Part shown: one piece after another, positions 16,865-26,180 of the stretch
Layout of the letters: each line of letters begins with the position of its first letter
Position numbering within the stretch: position 1 is the first letter of the stretch
Sequence record: KY555145.1
Reading direction: 5' to 3' (one strand)
DNA length: 64,000 nt
Program-made: the position numbers and the translations under genes
Notes under the pieces: generated by a model
Database searches by the model: none
What the model was told of the DNA's origin: nothing
The model's input: the letters and a program-made list of their open reading frames with translations, nothing else

Positions 16865-17166
16865 TGCCCTACTACCGCAAGAAGCCCGTCGTGATCGAGG
16901 CGATCACCTTCGACGAACTCGTCGCCCACGGGATCGCCGAGTACAAGGCCGGGCGGGGGAACTACGTCAACGGCATGCCCTGGTCGTTCGACTACAAGGG
17001 CCAGCGGATCACCCACGAGGACGATGACACCTATCTGATCCCGACTCTGGAGGGGACCATGACCTTCAGCCGAGGCGCGATGCTGATCACCGGGGTCCAG
17101 GGCGAAGTCTACCCGTGCGCGATGGACATCTTCGAAGCAACCTACGAGCGCGTGGAGGCCCCGTGA
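16864..17166 (+). CDS. conserved phage protein (YRKKPVVIEA family)
   Basis: YRKKPVVIEA..IPTLEG..GEVYPC..IFEATYE. Confidence 0.8.
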   Translation: MPYYRKKPVVIEAITFDELVAHGIAEYKAGRGNYVNGMPWSFDYKGQRITHEDDDTYLIPTLEGTMTFSRGAMLITGVQGEVYPCAMDIFEATYERVEAP

Positions 17167-17432
17167 GCAAGTCCCAGCCCAGCAAGGCCGAACTGATGGC
17201 GGTCGGCGAGCGCAAGCACGAGACCTGCCGCTACGGCCGCCTGACCGAGATGTGGACCACCAACCTCGTCACCAACAAGGAGACGGCGGGCGTGGCGCCG
17301 CTCTGCACCTTCGATCCGCCCGGCGATCTCCCGCCGGCCCTCAAGCGGGTCTGGGGCGGCATCATCGACCTGGATCGCGACTGCGCCGTCTGTCTGGCCC
17401 ATCGCGAGGTGCCGGCGGAGCCGCTCCCGTGA
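17163..17432 (+). CDS. hypothetical protein
   Basis: GTGA coupling. Confidence 0.65.
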   Translation: MSKSQPSKAELMAVGERKHETCRYGRLTEMWTTNLVTNKETAGVAPLCTFDPPGDLPPALKRVWGGIIDLDRDCAVCLAHREVPAEPLP

Positions 17433-17725
17433 GCAAGACCTGGGACCACCGCGTCTTCTGCCCTTGCGGCCACAATGACGAGCACTATGGCGGCGATCCG
17501 GCCCTGGCCGGGTACTGGTACAAGAACGACGTCTGCCCCCGCTGCGCCACGCGCGGCGACCGCTGGCGCGTCTTCACCGTCCGCTGGGTCTCGAAGGCCA
17601 AGCTCTGGGCGCCGTGGACCTGGGGCCGGGGCTATTGGGAGGCCGACACCGGCGAGGCGCGCAAGCCCCTGACCGAGGTCTGGCCGGTGCTCGCGGGCAA
17701 GGAGGCGATCCATGCCGAAATCTGA
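17429..17725 (+). CDS. putative Zn-binding protein
   Basis: CPCGH ... CPRC. Confidence 0.65.
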   Translation: MSKTWDHRVFCPCGHNDEHYGGDPALAGYWYKNDVCPRCATRGDRWRVFTVRWVSKAKLWAPWTWGRGYWEADTGEARKPLTEVWPVLAGKEAIHAEI

Positions 17726-18113
17726 GGTCGACGGCGTCCTTGACGCGGCCTTCCCGCCGCTGGTCAAGGTCTGGACCTACGACAAGGCCCCGCGCTACCG
17801 CGCCAAGCGAGTCCTGCGCATGGAGCACCACGCCGCCCCAAGGACCATCTGGGTCGTCGGCCGGCGCCTGCCGCTTCCGTGGATCAACCTCTACTGGCCG
17901 CTGCGCTACTGGTATGTCGAGCCGGGCGAGAAGCCCATCAAGCTCGCCGCCCAGTTCAGCACCCCCGAGGCCGCCGCCAAGTTCATCGTCTCCAAGCCGG
18001 ACTTCTTCCCTCACCGCCCGGCCGTGCGCCTGGATGATGTCCACTACTTCACCCAGCGGGGCGATCCGGCCATCCTGGGCGAGCCCAAGCCCCGCAAGGA
18101 GCGTGTCTTTTGA
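17712..18113 (+). CDS. hypothetical protein
   Basis: AAGGAGG RBS. Confidence 0.75.
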   Translation: MPKSEVDGVLDAAFPPLVKVWTYDKAPRYRAKRVLRMEHHAAPRTIWVVGRRLPLPWINLYWPLRYWYVEPGEKPIKLAAQFSTPEAAAKFIVSKPDFFPHRPAVRLDDVHYFTQRGDPAILGEPKPRKERVF

Positions 18114-18775
18114 GCATCCGGATCGGCGAGCGCCACCTCGAATACACCACCGACAAGGTCTACTGGCTCCCGCGCGGCTATTCCAAGCGGAGCGGCCGGT
18201 ACGTCTACCCGCACCAAGGCTGGTCGTGGACCGAGTGGCGCTCGGAGGTCACCGACACCTACGAGACCCTGGAGCGCGCCCAGCAGGCGATCTCCGGCGG
18301 CTATCTCAAGGACATGATCAAGTCCCAGGAGATCGTCGACATCGTCATCCTCCAGGTTCGCACGGTCCGGGAGATCGTCGAGGACCGCACCATCGTGGCC
18401 CATGACCTCGCCGGCAAGCCACTCGACCGAGCCGAGCCGTCGGTGAGCGCCCAGGGTCATGTCCTGGAGCCGGGCGCCTATGTCTTCCTCAACTATGACG
18501 GCGACGCGGACCCGACCACCTATGCGGTCTATGGCAAGGTCCTGGCCATCCACGAGGACCGCGTCAGCCTGTGGGTGGTCAACGGGGCCTGGACCATGGT
18601 CCTGACCGCCGCCGACGGGACCTTGCGGGTCGCGCCCGAGAGCCACGGCCCCGCCGGGCGCGAGGTCTTCATCCTCTATGCCGGCGAGCCGCCCAACCCC
18701 TTGACCGGGTCGGACTTCTACACCGACCAGTTCAACGCCTATCTCAAGTTGCGCGGCCTGGAAGCCGCCGCCTGA
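18110..18775 (+). CDS. hypothetical protein
   Basis: 221 aa, AAGGAG RBS. Confidence 0.75.
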   Translation: MSIRIGERHLEYTTDKVYWLPRGYSKRSGRYVYPHQGWSWTEWRSEVTDTYETLERAQQAISGGYLKDMIKSQEIVDIVILQVRTVREIVEDRTIVAHDLAGKPLDRAEPSVSAQGHVLEPGAYVFLNYDGDADPTTYAVYGKVLAIHEDRVSLWVVNGAWTMVLTAADGTLRVAPESHGPAGREVFILYAGEPPNPLTGSDFYTDQFNAYLKLRGLEAAA

Positions 18776-18783
18776 AGGACATC

Positions 18784-19395
18784 ATGACCGACTCGCCTCT
18801 TCACCCGACCGACCGCGCGATCCTCGACCTCCTCCAGGAGGAGGCCGCCGAGACCCTGCTGGAATTCGCCCCGGTGATCGGCCGGCTGATCAAGATCGCC
18901 TCCAAGGTCAAGCGCTTCGGCAACGGGACCAACCCGTTCGAGCCGGACGCCAAGCCCAACTTCGAACTCCTCGAAGACGAGATCGGCGATCTGGAGGCCC
19001 TGGTCGACCTCCTGTCCGAGCGCGGTCTGGTCTCTCGCGAGCGGATCAACGCCCGCAAGGTCTGGAAGCGCGGCATGCTCAAGGTCCACAAGACCCTTCC
19101 CGAGGACGCCTTCTCGGTCGAAAACCTCCCGCCGCCCACCGTGCAGGGCCTTGACCTGGACCCGTCCAACCCCATTGTCGCTCTGGCGGCGCACGTCCGC
19201 AACGGCGGCTACACCGCCCTCTTTGGCGGTCACGCCCCGTCGGCCGAGCCGCCCGAGCCGGGCAAGCCGCTCTACATCCGCTACATCGACAGCCAGTCGA
19301 TCCATTCCAACCGCTTCCTGTCCTGGGAAGAACTGAGCAGCGCCGACCGCCGGCGGTGGAACGACGCGGCCCAGGCCGGCAAGATCGCTCCGTAA
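18784..19395 (+). CDS. MazG-like NTP pyrophosphohydrolase domain protein
   Basis: LQEEAAE ... SKVKRFG ... LEDEIGDL pattern. Confidence 0.6.
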   Translation: MTDSPLHPTDRAILDLLQEEAAETLLEFAPVIGRLIKIASKVKRFGNGTNPFEPDAKPNFELLEDEIGDLEALVDLLSERGLVSRERINARKVWKRGMLKVHKTLPEDAFSVENLPPPTVQGLDLDPSNPIVALAAHVRNGGYTALFGGHAPSAEPPEPGKPLYIRYIDSQSIHSNRFLSWEELSSADRRRWNDAAQAGKIAP

Positions 19396-19407
19396 CGAGG
19401 ACCCCCC

Positions 19408-19977
19408 ATGACCCAACTTCTCCCCGACACCCTCTATGTGACGGCCCAGGACCTGCCCGAGGGTCCCGTCTACAGCGCCACGACCCAAGAAGGCCTGTCC
19501 GACGCCGTGCGCTACACGCGGTTCGATCACGACCAGCATATCAAGGCCGCTCAAATGCTTCTGGCCGGCGCCACGATCCACGAGGCCCACGGGCAGTACG
19601 GCATCGCCGCCGGTCTGAAGGCGGCCGTGACCGAGGCCGGCGTCAACATCGTCGGCGAGGCCACCGACATCCTCAAGGCCCAGGAACTGACGATCGCCCA
19701 GATGCGTCGCCAGCGCAACGACCTCCTGGTCGCCAACAACCACTATCTGGCCGACGCCCGCGCCGCGCGGGCCGGCGAGCCGTCCCCGCCGGTGACCCCG
19801 GAGGTCGCCGACGCCATCCGGGCGATCGGGATCGACGCCCTTCAGCGCAAGGCCAAGGACTACCTGGAGGACTACGAGTACCGGGGCGAGTTCGGGACCT
19901 TCCAGCCCGGCCCGCAGGAACGGGTCGTGCTCGACGATCTCCTGCAAGGTTTCCTGGCCCTGATCACCGAGGCCTGA
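19408..19977 (+). CDS. hypothetical protein
   Basis: GAGGA RBS, 189 aa. Confidence 0.75.
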   Translation: MTQLLPDTLYVTAQDLPEGPVYSATTQEGLSDAVRYTRFDHDQHIKAAQMLLAGATIHEAHGQYGIAAGLKAAVTEAGVNIVGEATDILKAQELTIAQMRRQRNDLLVANNHYLADARAARAGEPSPPVTPEVADAIRAIGIDALQRKAKDYLEDYEYRGEFGTFQPGPQERVVLDDLLQGFLALITEA

Positions 19978-19978
19978 C

Positions 19979-20209
19979 ATGGACGAGGCGGCCATCCGAG
20001 AGGAGTTCGAGCGCCGGATGTTGACGCTGATGCGCAACGCCCCGCCCGGCTATGTCCAAGCCGCGCTGGAGCGCCGGCCGGATGGTCGCTACGTCCAGAT
20101 GACCATCCAGCGCAACTACCGCCACTTCCGGATCGGCTTCGAGATGGGCTACATCGCCCGCGCCAAGGACGACGCCCTGAAGGGCATGAAGAAGGGCTCC
20201 AAGCGGTGA
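19979..20209 (+). CDS. hypothetical protein
   Basis: 76 aa, coupled. Confidence 0.7.
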   Translation: MDEAAIREEFERRMLTLMRNAPPGYVQAALERRPDGRYVQMTIQRNYRHFRIGFEMGYIARAKDDALKGMKKGSKR

Positions 20210-20424
20210 TCCCCTACGATCTGCGCCGGCAGCATGACGAGTGGGGTAACGCCGAGCACCTCCTGTCGCCGCTCGACGCGGGCAAGCTGCGCGACAACGA
20301 CTGGCGCCGCGTCTCGGGCGATTGCGTCTGCGCGGTCTGTGGCAAGCTCTACTACGACCATCCGCCCGTCCTGGGCGCGCTCTGGCTCAACCGCATCTGC
20401 GATGGGAACTTGGTGAAGCTCTGA
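20206..20424 (+). CDS. small Zn-ribbon protein
   Basis: CVCAVCG ... ICDG. Confidence 0.65.
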   Translation: MIPYDLRRQHDEWGNAEHLLSPLDAGKLRDNDWRRVSGDCVCAVCGKLYYDHPPVLGALWLNRICDGNLVKL

Positions 20425-20591
20425 TGAAGGACGACAAGGGCCTCCCCATGGCCTTCACCCTGATCGGGGCGATCGCCCTGATCATCATCCTGTCGACGAT
20501 CTTCCTCGGGGTCGCGCGGCGCTATGGCTGGACCGAGCCGAAGCTGGACCTGAATCTGGACCCGCCCGAAACTGTGAGGCCCATTCGATGA
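20424..20591 (+). CDS. small membrane protein
   Basis: 55 aa with one TM helix. Confidence 0.6.
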   Translation: MKDDKGLPMAFTLIGAIALIIILSTIFLGVARRYGWTEPKLDLNLDPPETVRPIR

Positions 20592-20794
20592 TCAATCCCG
20601 ACGGCGTTCTGATCAAGACCTGGGAGGTCCACTGTCGGGCCTGCCAGGAGCCCTATCTGGGCATCCGGGGCGACATGTCCCAGGCCCAGGCGGAGCTTCG
20701 CAAGATGGGCTGGCGCACGCGCGGCGGTCGCTGGGTCTGCGCGGACTGCGAGCCGGGCGTGCCGATCGGCCACCGGTGGACAGATGAGCCCTGA
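20588..20794 (+). CDS. small Zn-finger protein
   Basis: CRAC ... CADC. Confidence 0.65.
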   Translation: MINPDGVLIKTWEVHCRACQEPYLGIRGDMSQAQAELRKMGWRTRGGRWVCADCEPGVPIGHRWTDEP

Positions 20795-20885
20795 ATGACT
20801 TACCTGTCGTCCATATAGGGCCATTACGCCTTACCTGTAAGGCGCCCGGAAATGGGCTAGTCGCGGCTCCAAGCCCTCTGGAGGG

Positions 20886-21089
20886 CTACTTTTCCATGAA
20901 TTTCCGCACCTGGAGGTAGCGCCCAAGCAAGTCGTGCAGCACCTCCGCCTCCCGGAGCGTGATGATCTGCTCGCCGAGCGAGGTCGGCCCCTCTAGGGCG
21001 ACCAGTACCTGATCGTCGACCGCATCCTCGATCGTCACCACGATGGGGTTGCCAAGTTCGTTGATGAACGCCTTCTGAAGCTGTCGCAC
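20886..21089 (-). CDS. hypothetical protein
   Basis: AAGGAG RBS on the minus strand, just downstream of the protease gene. Confidence 0.65.
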   Translation of the reverse strand: MRQLQKAFINELGNPIVVTIEDAVDDQVLVALEGPTSLGEQIITLREAEVLHDLLGRYLQVRKFMEK

Positions 21090-21093
21090 GGTG

Positions 21094-21840
21094 CTACTCC
21101 TTGAGGTAGCCGGCGGCGATCGCCTCGGCCCTGGTGTCGGCTTTGCTCAGGACCGAATAGCCCCGCGCCTGGATGAAACGGACGTCCTCGTAAAGCTGGA
21201 CCTCCAGCTTGCCGTCGAGCGCGATGCGCCCCAGCCGAACGGGCGAGGCCACGAACGGCGCCGGCTCTCCGCCCTTCCAGACATTGATCTCGACCTCGCC
21301 GCGATCGGCCGTCGCCACCACCAGCGAGGCGTGGCCGCCGATCCAGTTGGGATTCCAGATTTCCAGCCACATCGTGTCGCCGCCCGCGCCGGCGTCGGCC
21401 AAGCGGCGCGCCAGCGTCAGGGCGTAGTCCTCGCAGTCGCCGCAGAAGGCGTTTTCGGCCCAAAAATCGCTCTTTTGGTACATCGTGCGGTCGGAAGTGT
21501 ACTGAAAAGTGCTCCTGAGCGCCTTGTCTTGCTCAAAAACCTCTGAAAATGCCAATTTTTGCCCCTTCCTGACCTCGCAGAGGGGATTTTTGGCCCATTT
21601 TTCGCAGAAAACCCGCAGATCGGGGATCGCCACCGCCACTTCGCCGCCATAGGCGGGCGTCTCGTCGCCCGAGCCGCTGGATTTCGGGTCGGCGGGGCAT
21701 TGGTGGTCGACGGCGGCCGGCGCGGTGACGAACGGCAAGTCCTGGCCCGGCGCGGCGAGGGAAAGAGCGCTCCAGGCGAACAAGCCCAGGGCGCCAAACA
21801 GGATCGTTGCGATCGCGACGACGACAAGCCAGAAACGCAT
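21094..21840 (-). CDS. transglutaminase-like cysteine protease (BTLCP/LapG family), N-terminal membrane or signal segment
   Basis: GDCEDYAL catalytic Cys motif, GHASLVV His motif; ATG 21840 (or GTG 21849). Confidence 0.75.
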   Translation of the reverse strand: MRFWLVVVAIATILFGALGLFAWSALSLAAPGQDLPFVTAPAAVDHQCPADPKSSGSGDETPAYGGEVAVAIPDLRVFCEKWAKNPLCEVRKGQKLAFSEVFEQDKALRSTFQYTSDRTMYQKSDFWAENAFCGDCEDYALTLARRLADAGAGGDTMWLEIWNPNWIGGHASLVVATADRGEVEINVWKGGEPAPFVASPVRLGRIALDGKLEVQLYEDVRFIQARGYSVLSKADTRAEAIAAGYLKE

Positions 21841-21910
21841 GATCGACACCCCTTAAGTGTCATTAACCATGACACAAGATGTCGTGAATCGCAACATTCG
21901 CGCATAAGAA

Positions 21911-21943
21911 GAGCCCCGCCTGTCGTGATTCCAGGCGGGGCTC
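21911..21943. terminator. 12-bp hairpin
   Basis: GAGCCCCGCCTG/CAGGCGGGGCTC. Confidence 0.6.
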
Positions 21944-21953
21944 GTGCTGCTTA

Positions 21954-22001
21954 GGAGAAACAGAAGAGAAGAGGTCGATCCCTGGGTGGCGGATCAACCT
22001 C
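21954..22001 (-). terminator. intrinsic terminator (minus strand)
   Basis: 11-bp stem 21971-81/21991-22001 then UUCUCUUCUGUUUCU. Confidence 0.65.
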
Positions 22002-22009
22002 TCGACAGT

Positions 22010-22021
22010 TTACTTGAGCAT
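22010..22021 (-). other. minigene Met-Leu-Lys-stop
   Basis: AAGGAAGGAG RBS then ATG CTC AAG TAA. Confidence 0.5.
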
Positions 22022-22083
22022 ACCGGTCTCCTTCCTTGGTCTGGTCTGTCTGGCGGCCTTGCGTGGCCCCTTGTGCAGATTTG

Positions 22084-22112
22084 AAGCTAAACCGGCAACG
22101 AAACGGCGTCAA
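22084..22112 (-). promoter_or_regulatory. sigma70-type promoter (minus strand)
   Basis: TTGACG, 17 bp, TAGCTT. Confidence 0.6.
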
Positions 22113-22142
22113 GACCTAAATGTGCTGATTCACGACTTCGAA

Positions 22143-22159
22143 TGTCGTGAATCTTGACA
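22143..22159 (+). promoter_or_regulatory. late promoter motif upstream of portal
   Basis: TGTCGTGAATCTTGACA. Confidence 0.75.
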
Positions 22160-22267
22160 ACCGGGCGTTAACCATGCCATTTTCCCGCCTACCTGCCCCA
22201 CCGGTAGGGCCTCCAACGTCAACTTGGGGAGGATGCGTGCGTCCTCCCCTCCTTCTCCGGGCGCCGC

Positions 22268-24166
22268 ATGGCCGGTCAGACGCCGAACTCCCTGAACATC
22301 TCGCGGGTCGCCCGCGCGACCTCGCAGGCCATCTATCTGGTCACCCATCCCGAGTACCAGCACTGGCGCTCGGAGTGGACCAAGCTGCGCGACGTCCTGG
22401 CGGGTCAGCGCGAGATCAAGCGCAAGGGCGAGGCCTATCTGCCGGCCATGAAGGGCGCCGACAAGGACGACTACAAAATCTACCTGGAGCGGGCGACCTT
22501 CTTCAACATGCTCGCCCAGACGCGCGATGGCATGACCGGCATGGTCTTCCGCCGCGACCCGTCGATCAAGAACCTGCCGCCCAAGTTCAAGGACGCCGTG
22601 CGGCGCTTCGCCAAGGACGGCTCCTCGCACGCCACTTTCGCCAAGGCGGTCCTGTCGGACCAGTCGGGCATTGGCCGCTACGGCGTCCTGGTCGACGTCA
22701 CCGATTCCCCGGTCCGCAACGCCCAGCCGTCGAGCTTCGCGGTCGGCTACGCGGCCGAAAACATCCTCGACTGGGACGAGGTGGTCGACACCGCCGGCTT
22801 CTATGTCCCCAGCCGCGTCCTGCTGCGCGAATTCGTCCGCGACCTGCGCTGGAAGAGCGACATCGAGCCCCTGACCACCGCCAAGGCCCGCAAGGCGCGC
22901 GCCGAGGCCCTGGCCTCCGGCTCCTCGTCCAGCCCCCTGGTGCGCCAGACCGCCCGCACCCTGGGCGGCTACAGCTACATCACCGTCTATCGGGAACTGA
23001 AGCTCGAAGAGATCGAGTGGCCGTCCGGCGAGGTCAAGCCCGCCTACGTCCAGTACCTCTACGAAGAAGACCCCGAGTCGACGCCGATCGCCCGCCTCGT
23101 CCCCAATGTCCGGGGCGAGCCGCTCGACTTCATCCCCTTCAAGTTCTTCGGCGCCTCGGGCAACACCGCCGACGTCGAAAAGCCGCCGCTGCTCGACATC
23201 TGCGACCTCAACCTGTCGCACTACCGCACCTACGCCGAACTCGAATACGGCCGCCTGTTCACCGCCCTGCCGGTCTATTACGCGCCGGGCACCGACAGCG
23301 AGGGCACCGGCGAATACCACATCGGCCCGAACATGGTCTGGGAAGTCCCGCAGGGCTCCGAGCCGGGCATCCTGGAATATACCGGCCAGGGCCTGAAGGC
23401 CCTCGAAACCGCCCTCAACGACAAGGAGCGGCAGATCGCCGCGATCGGCGGCCGGATGATGCCCGGCGCCTCCAAGTCGGTGTCGGAGAGCAACAACCAG
23501 ACGACCCTTCGCGAGGCCAACGAGCAGTCGCTGCTCCTCAACATCATCCAGGCCTGCGAGGCGGGGATGACCGACGTCGTCCGCTGGTGGCTGATGTGGC
23601 GCGACGTGCCGCTCGCCGAGACCCAGGACCTGCGCTATGAGATCAACACCGACTTCCTGTCGACGCCGATCGGCGCGCGCGAGATGCGGGCGATCCAGCT
23701 TATGGCCAACGACGGCCTGCTGCCCGACCCGGTCTTCTACGAGTACATGCGCAAGGCCGAGGTCATCTCCTCGGACATGACCTTCGAGGAGTTCCAGGAA
23801 CTGCGCGCCGATCCGGATTCGTTCATCAACAACCCGGACGCCCAGGCCCGCCAGCGCGGCTTCACCAACCGCAGCCAGGAACTCGAACAGACCCGCATGG
23901 CGCGCGAGGCCGACTTCACCCAGCAGAAGATCGACATCCAGGAGCGCGCCGTCGCCGTCCAGGAAGGTCACGCCGAAGTCGCCCACTCCGTCGGTTCGAC
24001 CTCGGTTTCGGCCTCGCGCAAGCTGGGCGATCCCGAGCAGGCCAAGCCGGCGCAGGCCGAGGCCGCCCAGATCGCCAACCAGCGCCGCCAGATCAGCAAC
24101 GCCGCCAAGACCCCGCCGGCGGCGCCGGGCGCTCCCCCCGCCCCGAACCCGAGGACCGCCCGATGA
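22268..24166 (+). CDS. portal protein
   Basis: 632 aa; YLERATFFN, PPLLD...NLSHY motifs; position. Confidence 0.88.
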   Translation: MAGQTPNSLNISRVARATSQAIYLVTHPEYQHWRSEWTKLRDVLAGQREIKRKGEAYLPAMKGADKDDYKIYLERATFFNMLAQTRDGMTGMVFRRDPSIKNLPPKFKDAVRRFAKDGSSHATFAKAVLSDQSGIGRYGVLVDVTDSPVRNAQPSSFAVGYAAENILDWDEVVDTAGFYVPSRVLLREFVRDLRWKSDIEPLTTAKARKARAEALASGSSSSPLVRQTARTLGGYSYITVYRELKLEEIEWPSGEVKPAYVQYLYEEDPESTPIARLVPNVRGEPLDFIPFKFFGASGNTADVEKPPLLDICDLNLSHYRTYAELEYGRLFTALPVYYAPGTDSEGTGEYHIGPNMVWEVPQGSEPGILEYTGQGLKALETALNDKERQIAAIGGRMMPGASKSVSESNNQTTLREANEQSLLLNIIQACEAGMTDVVRWWLMWRDVPLAETQDLRYEINTDFLSTPIGAREMRAIQLMANDGLLPDPVFYEYMRKAEVISSDMTFEEFQELRADPDSFINNPDAQARQRGFTNRSQELEQTRMAREADFTQQKIDIQERAVAVQEGHAEVAHSVGSTSVSASRKLGDPEQAKPAQAEAAQIANQRRQISNAAKTPPAAPGAPPAPNPRTAR

Positions 24167-24489
24167 GCTACCTCCTGTCGCCCTACAAGGCCCCCGAGCC
24201 CGACGCGGTCGCCGCCCACGCCAAGACCCTCCTGGCCCAGCAGGGCTACAGCGCCCGTGACGCGCTGATCGGGCGCTGCCAGGAAGCGAGCGTCGATCTG
24301 GCCCGCACCGCCGGTCTCAACGCCGCCGAGGCCGCCGAGGTCGAGGCGGAGATCGCCAACTTGCAGCGGCTGATCGCCGAACTGGTCGCCACCCAAGCCA
24401 AGCTGGAGGCCGAGGGCCGCAGCGCCTACGAAGCCGCCGCCCTCAACGCCGCGACGGCCGTCTATCTGTCGCGCGGCCTGACGCCGTAA
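24163..24489 (+). CDS. hypothetical protein
   Basis: ATGA overlap with portal. Confidence 0.75.
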   Translation: MSYLLSPYKAPEPDAVAAHAKTLLAQQGYSARDALIGRCQEASVDLARTAGLNAAEAAEVEAEIANLQRLIAELVATQAKLEAEGRSAYEAAALNAATAVYLSRGLTP

Positions 24490-24508
24490 CCCTAGCTTGT
24501 AGAGTAAC

Positions 24509-24688
24509 ATGCCCTCGCGCTACGATTCCCTGGAAGACCTGCTGCACGACCTCGATCACGAGGGCATCGTGGACGATGGCTTTGGCGAACTGGACGAGGA
24601 GGACCTATCCCTTCTCGCCCCGCCGGGCAAGAAGACCGCGCCCGCGCCGGCCGCCAAGAAGCGGGGCCGCCCCAAGAAGGCGACCTGA
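24509..24688 (+). CDS. 59-aa acidic protein with AT-hook-like tail
   Basis: D/E-rich N-half, KKRGRPKK C-terminus. Confidence 0.6.
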   Translation: MPSRYDSLEDLLHDLDHEGIVDDGFGELDEEDLSLLAPPGKKTAPAPAAKKRGRPKKAT

Positions 24689-24927
24689 TGCGCCACGCCT
24701 CCGCTCGCTGGAACGTCCTGACCGTCCGCCTGGACGACGTCGCCCATTGGGTCGACGAGGTCGACGTGGTCATCACCGATCTGGAGACGGGCGAGCACCC
24801 GCGCGGCGAGGACGGCGAGTTCCTCCCCATCCTGTCGGCGACTCCTGAAACCATCACCCTCTACAACGGCCACGCCATCGCCGGCCGCTACGAGATCACC
24901 TCCAGCCTTGAGGCGCCCCGTGTCTGA
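24688..24927 (+). CDS. hypothetical protein
   Basis: TGATG coupling. Confidence 0.65.
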   Translation: MRHASARWNVLTVRLDDVAHWVDEVDVVITDLETGEHPRGEDGEFLPILSATPETITLYNGHAIAGRYEITSSLEAPRV

Positions 24928-25093
24928 GACGACCCTGGTCGGCGATCCGAACGCCGAGCGGACCATCGAGGTCCTGGCCATGCACCCCGACGAGGCTGCG
25001 ACCTTCGTCCCCACGCCCGAGCAGGCCGCCAAGATCGCGGCGGGCGACATGATCATCGGGATCATCCGCTACGGCCCCCCGCCGACGTCGTGA
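24920..25093 (+). CDS. hypothetical protein
   Basis: GAGG RBS, 57 aa. Confidence 0.6.
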   Translation: MSETTLVGDPNAERTIEVLAMHPDEAATFVPTPEQAAKIAAGDMIIGIIRYGPPPTS

Positions 25094-25102
25094 ATCTTGA
25101 CA
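25087..25102 (+). promoter_or_regulatory. late promoter motif
   Basis: GTCGTGAATCTTGACA. Confidence 0.7.
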
Positions 25103-25153
25103 CACCATGTCAGGTGTGATGACGTAGCCCTCGTTAACCACGAGGGCTTTTCC

Positions 25154-25411
25154 ATGACCACCGCCGTCGACATCCAAGCCGCCGGGCACAACCTGATCGT
25201 CTACCTGACGGACATCTATGTCGAAGACGGCGAGGCCCAGGAGCGCGACTCCATCGAGTTCGTCCGCAAGGGCGCCAAGCGGACCTTCCACGTTCACCAG
25301 ACCCGCGACCTCTATGTGACCGAGGTCCGCGACGCCGAGACCGATCTCAACGCCCTGATCGACGCCGGCGACGAGGCGGCGGCCCGCCAGTACATCGCCG
25401 AGGCGACTTAA
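25154..25411 (+). CDS. hypothetical protein
   Basis: 85 aa, GAGGG RBS. Confidence 0.7.
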   Translation: MTTAVDIQAAGHNLIVYLTDIYVEDGEAQERDSIEFVRKGAKRTFHVHQTRDLYVTEVRDAETDLNALIDAGDEAAARQYIAEAT

Positions 25412-25601
25412 GTTCATAGCGGCGCCGATTGCCCAGCGGGCGCATGCCGGACACGCGCTGGGAAACCAAATCGGCCGCGATGCGCGCGAGGGCTTTTTGA
25501 TGCAGGCCTAGCGCGTCAACAGGTGGCGCCGGCTCCTGGGTTCCAGGGGTTCCTTTCAACCTGAATCGCGGCAAGTCCGGGCTCCTTTCCCAGAGGGCTC
25601 C

Positions 25602-26180
25602 ATGAGCGACGATTTCGACAAGCGTTTCGACGAGATGAAGGCGGCCCTGGACGGCGTCGCGCCGGGCCAGCTTCGGCTCCCCTTCCCCGGATCGGCCTCG
25701 GCTTCGGCCGAGGAGTTGATCCGCCGCTTCTCGGCCCTCAATCCCGCCCCGGCCTTCGTGCTCGGGGCGGCCGTCAAGCTCTCGGACGCCCCGCCCGAGC
25801 CGCTGCTGCGCGACGGCCACGCCGACGAGGTCTTCGTCGACCTGCCGTTCGACCACAAGACGGTGGCCGACTGCAAGGCCAAGTTCGTCGACAGCCACAA
25901 GGTTCTCCAGGGCTTTTCGGGCGGGGCGGTCGAGGAAGCGGCGCCCAAGATCACGATCCAGGTCTATCTCAAGAACGGGCAGGTGCGCGAGTACGACGTC
26001 GACACCCAGGCCGCCGCCCGCGAGCACGCCTACGAGATCATCCAGACCGGCTACCGCGCCGTCGACGAGGCCGATCCCTGCACCCTGACCCACTGGCCGC
26101 CGCACGAGATCAAGAAGGTCAAGCTCAAGGCCGCCAAGCCGTGGACGACCCGCTTTTTCGACCGCGTGCGGGGCACCTGA
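25602..26180 (+). CDS. hypothetical protein
   Basis: 192 aa, GAGGG RBS. Confidence 0.75.
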   Translation: MSDDFDKRFDEMKAALDGVAPGQLRLPFPGSASASAEELIRRFSALNPAPAFVLGAAVKLSDAPPEPLLRDGHADEVFVDLPFDHKTVADCKAKFVDSHKVLQGFSGGAVEEAAPKITIQVYLKNGQVREYDVDTQAAAREHAYEIIQTGYRAVDEADPCTLTHWPPHEIKKVKLKAAKPWTTRFFDRVRGT

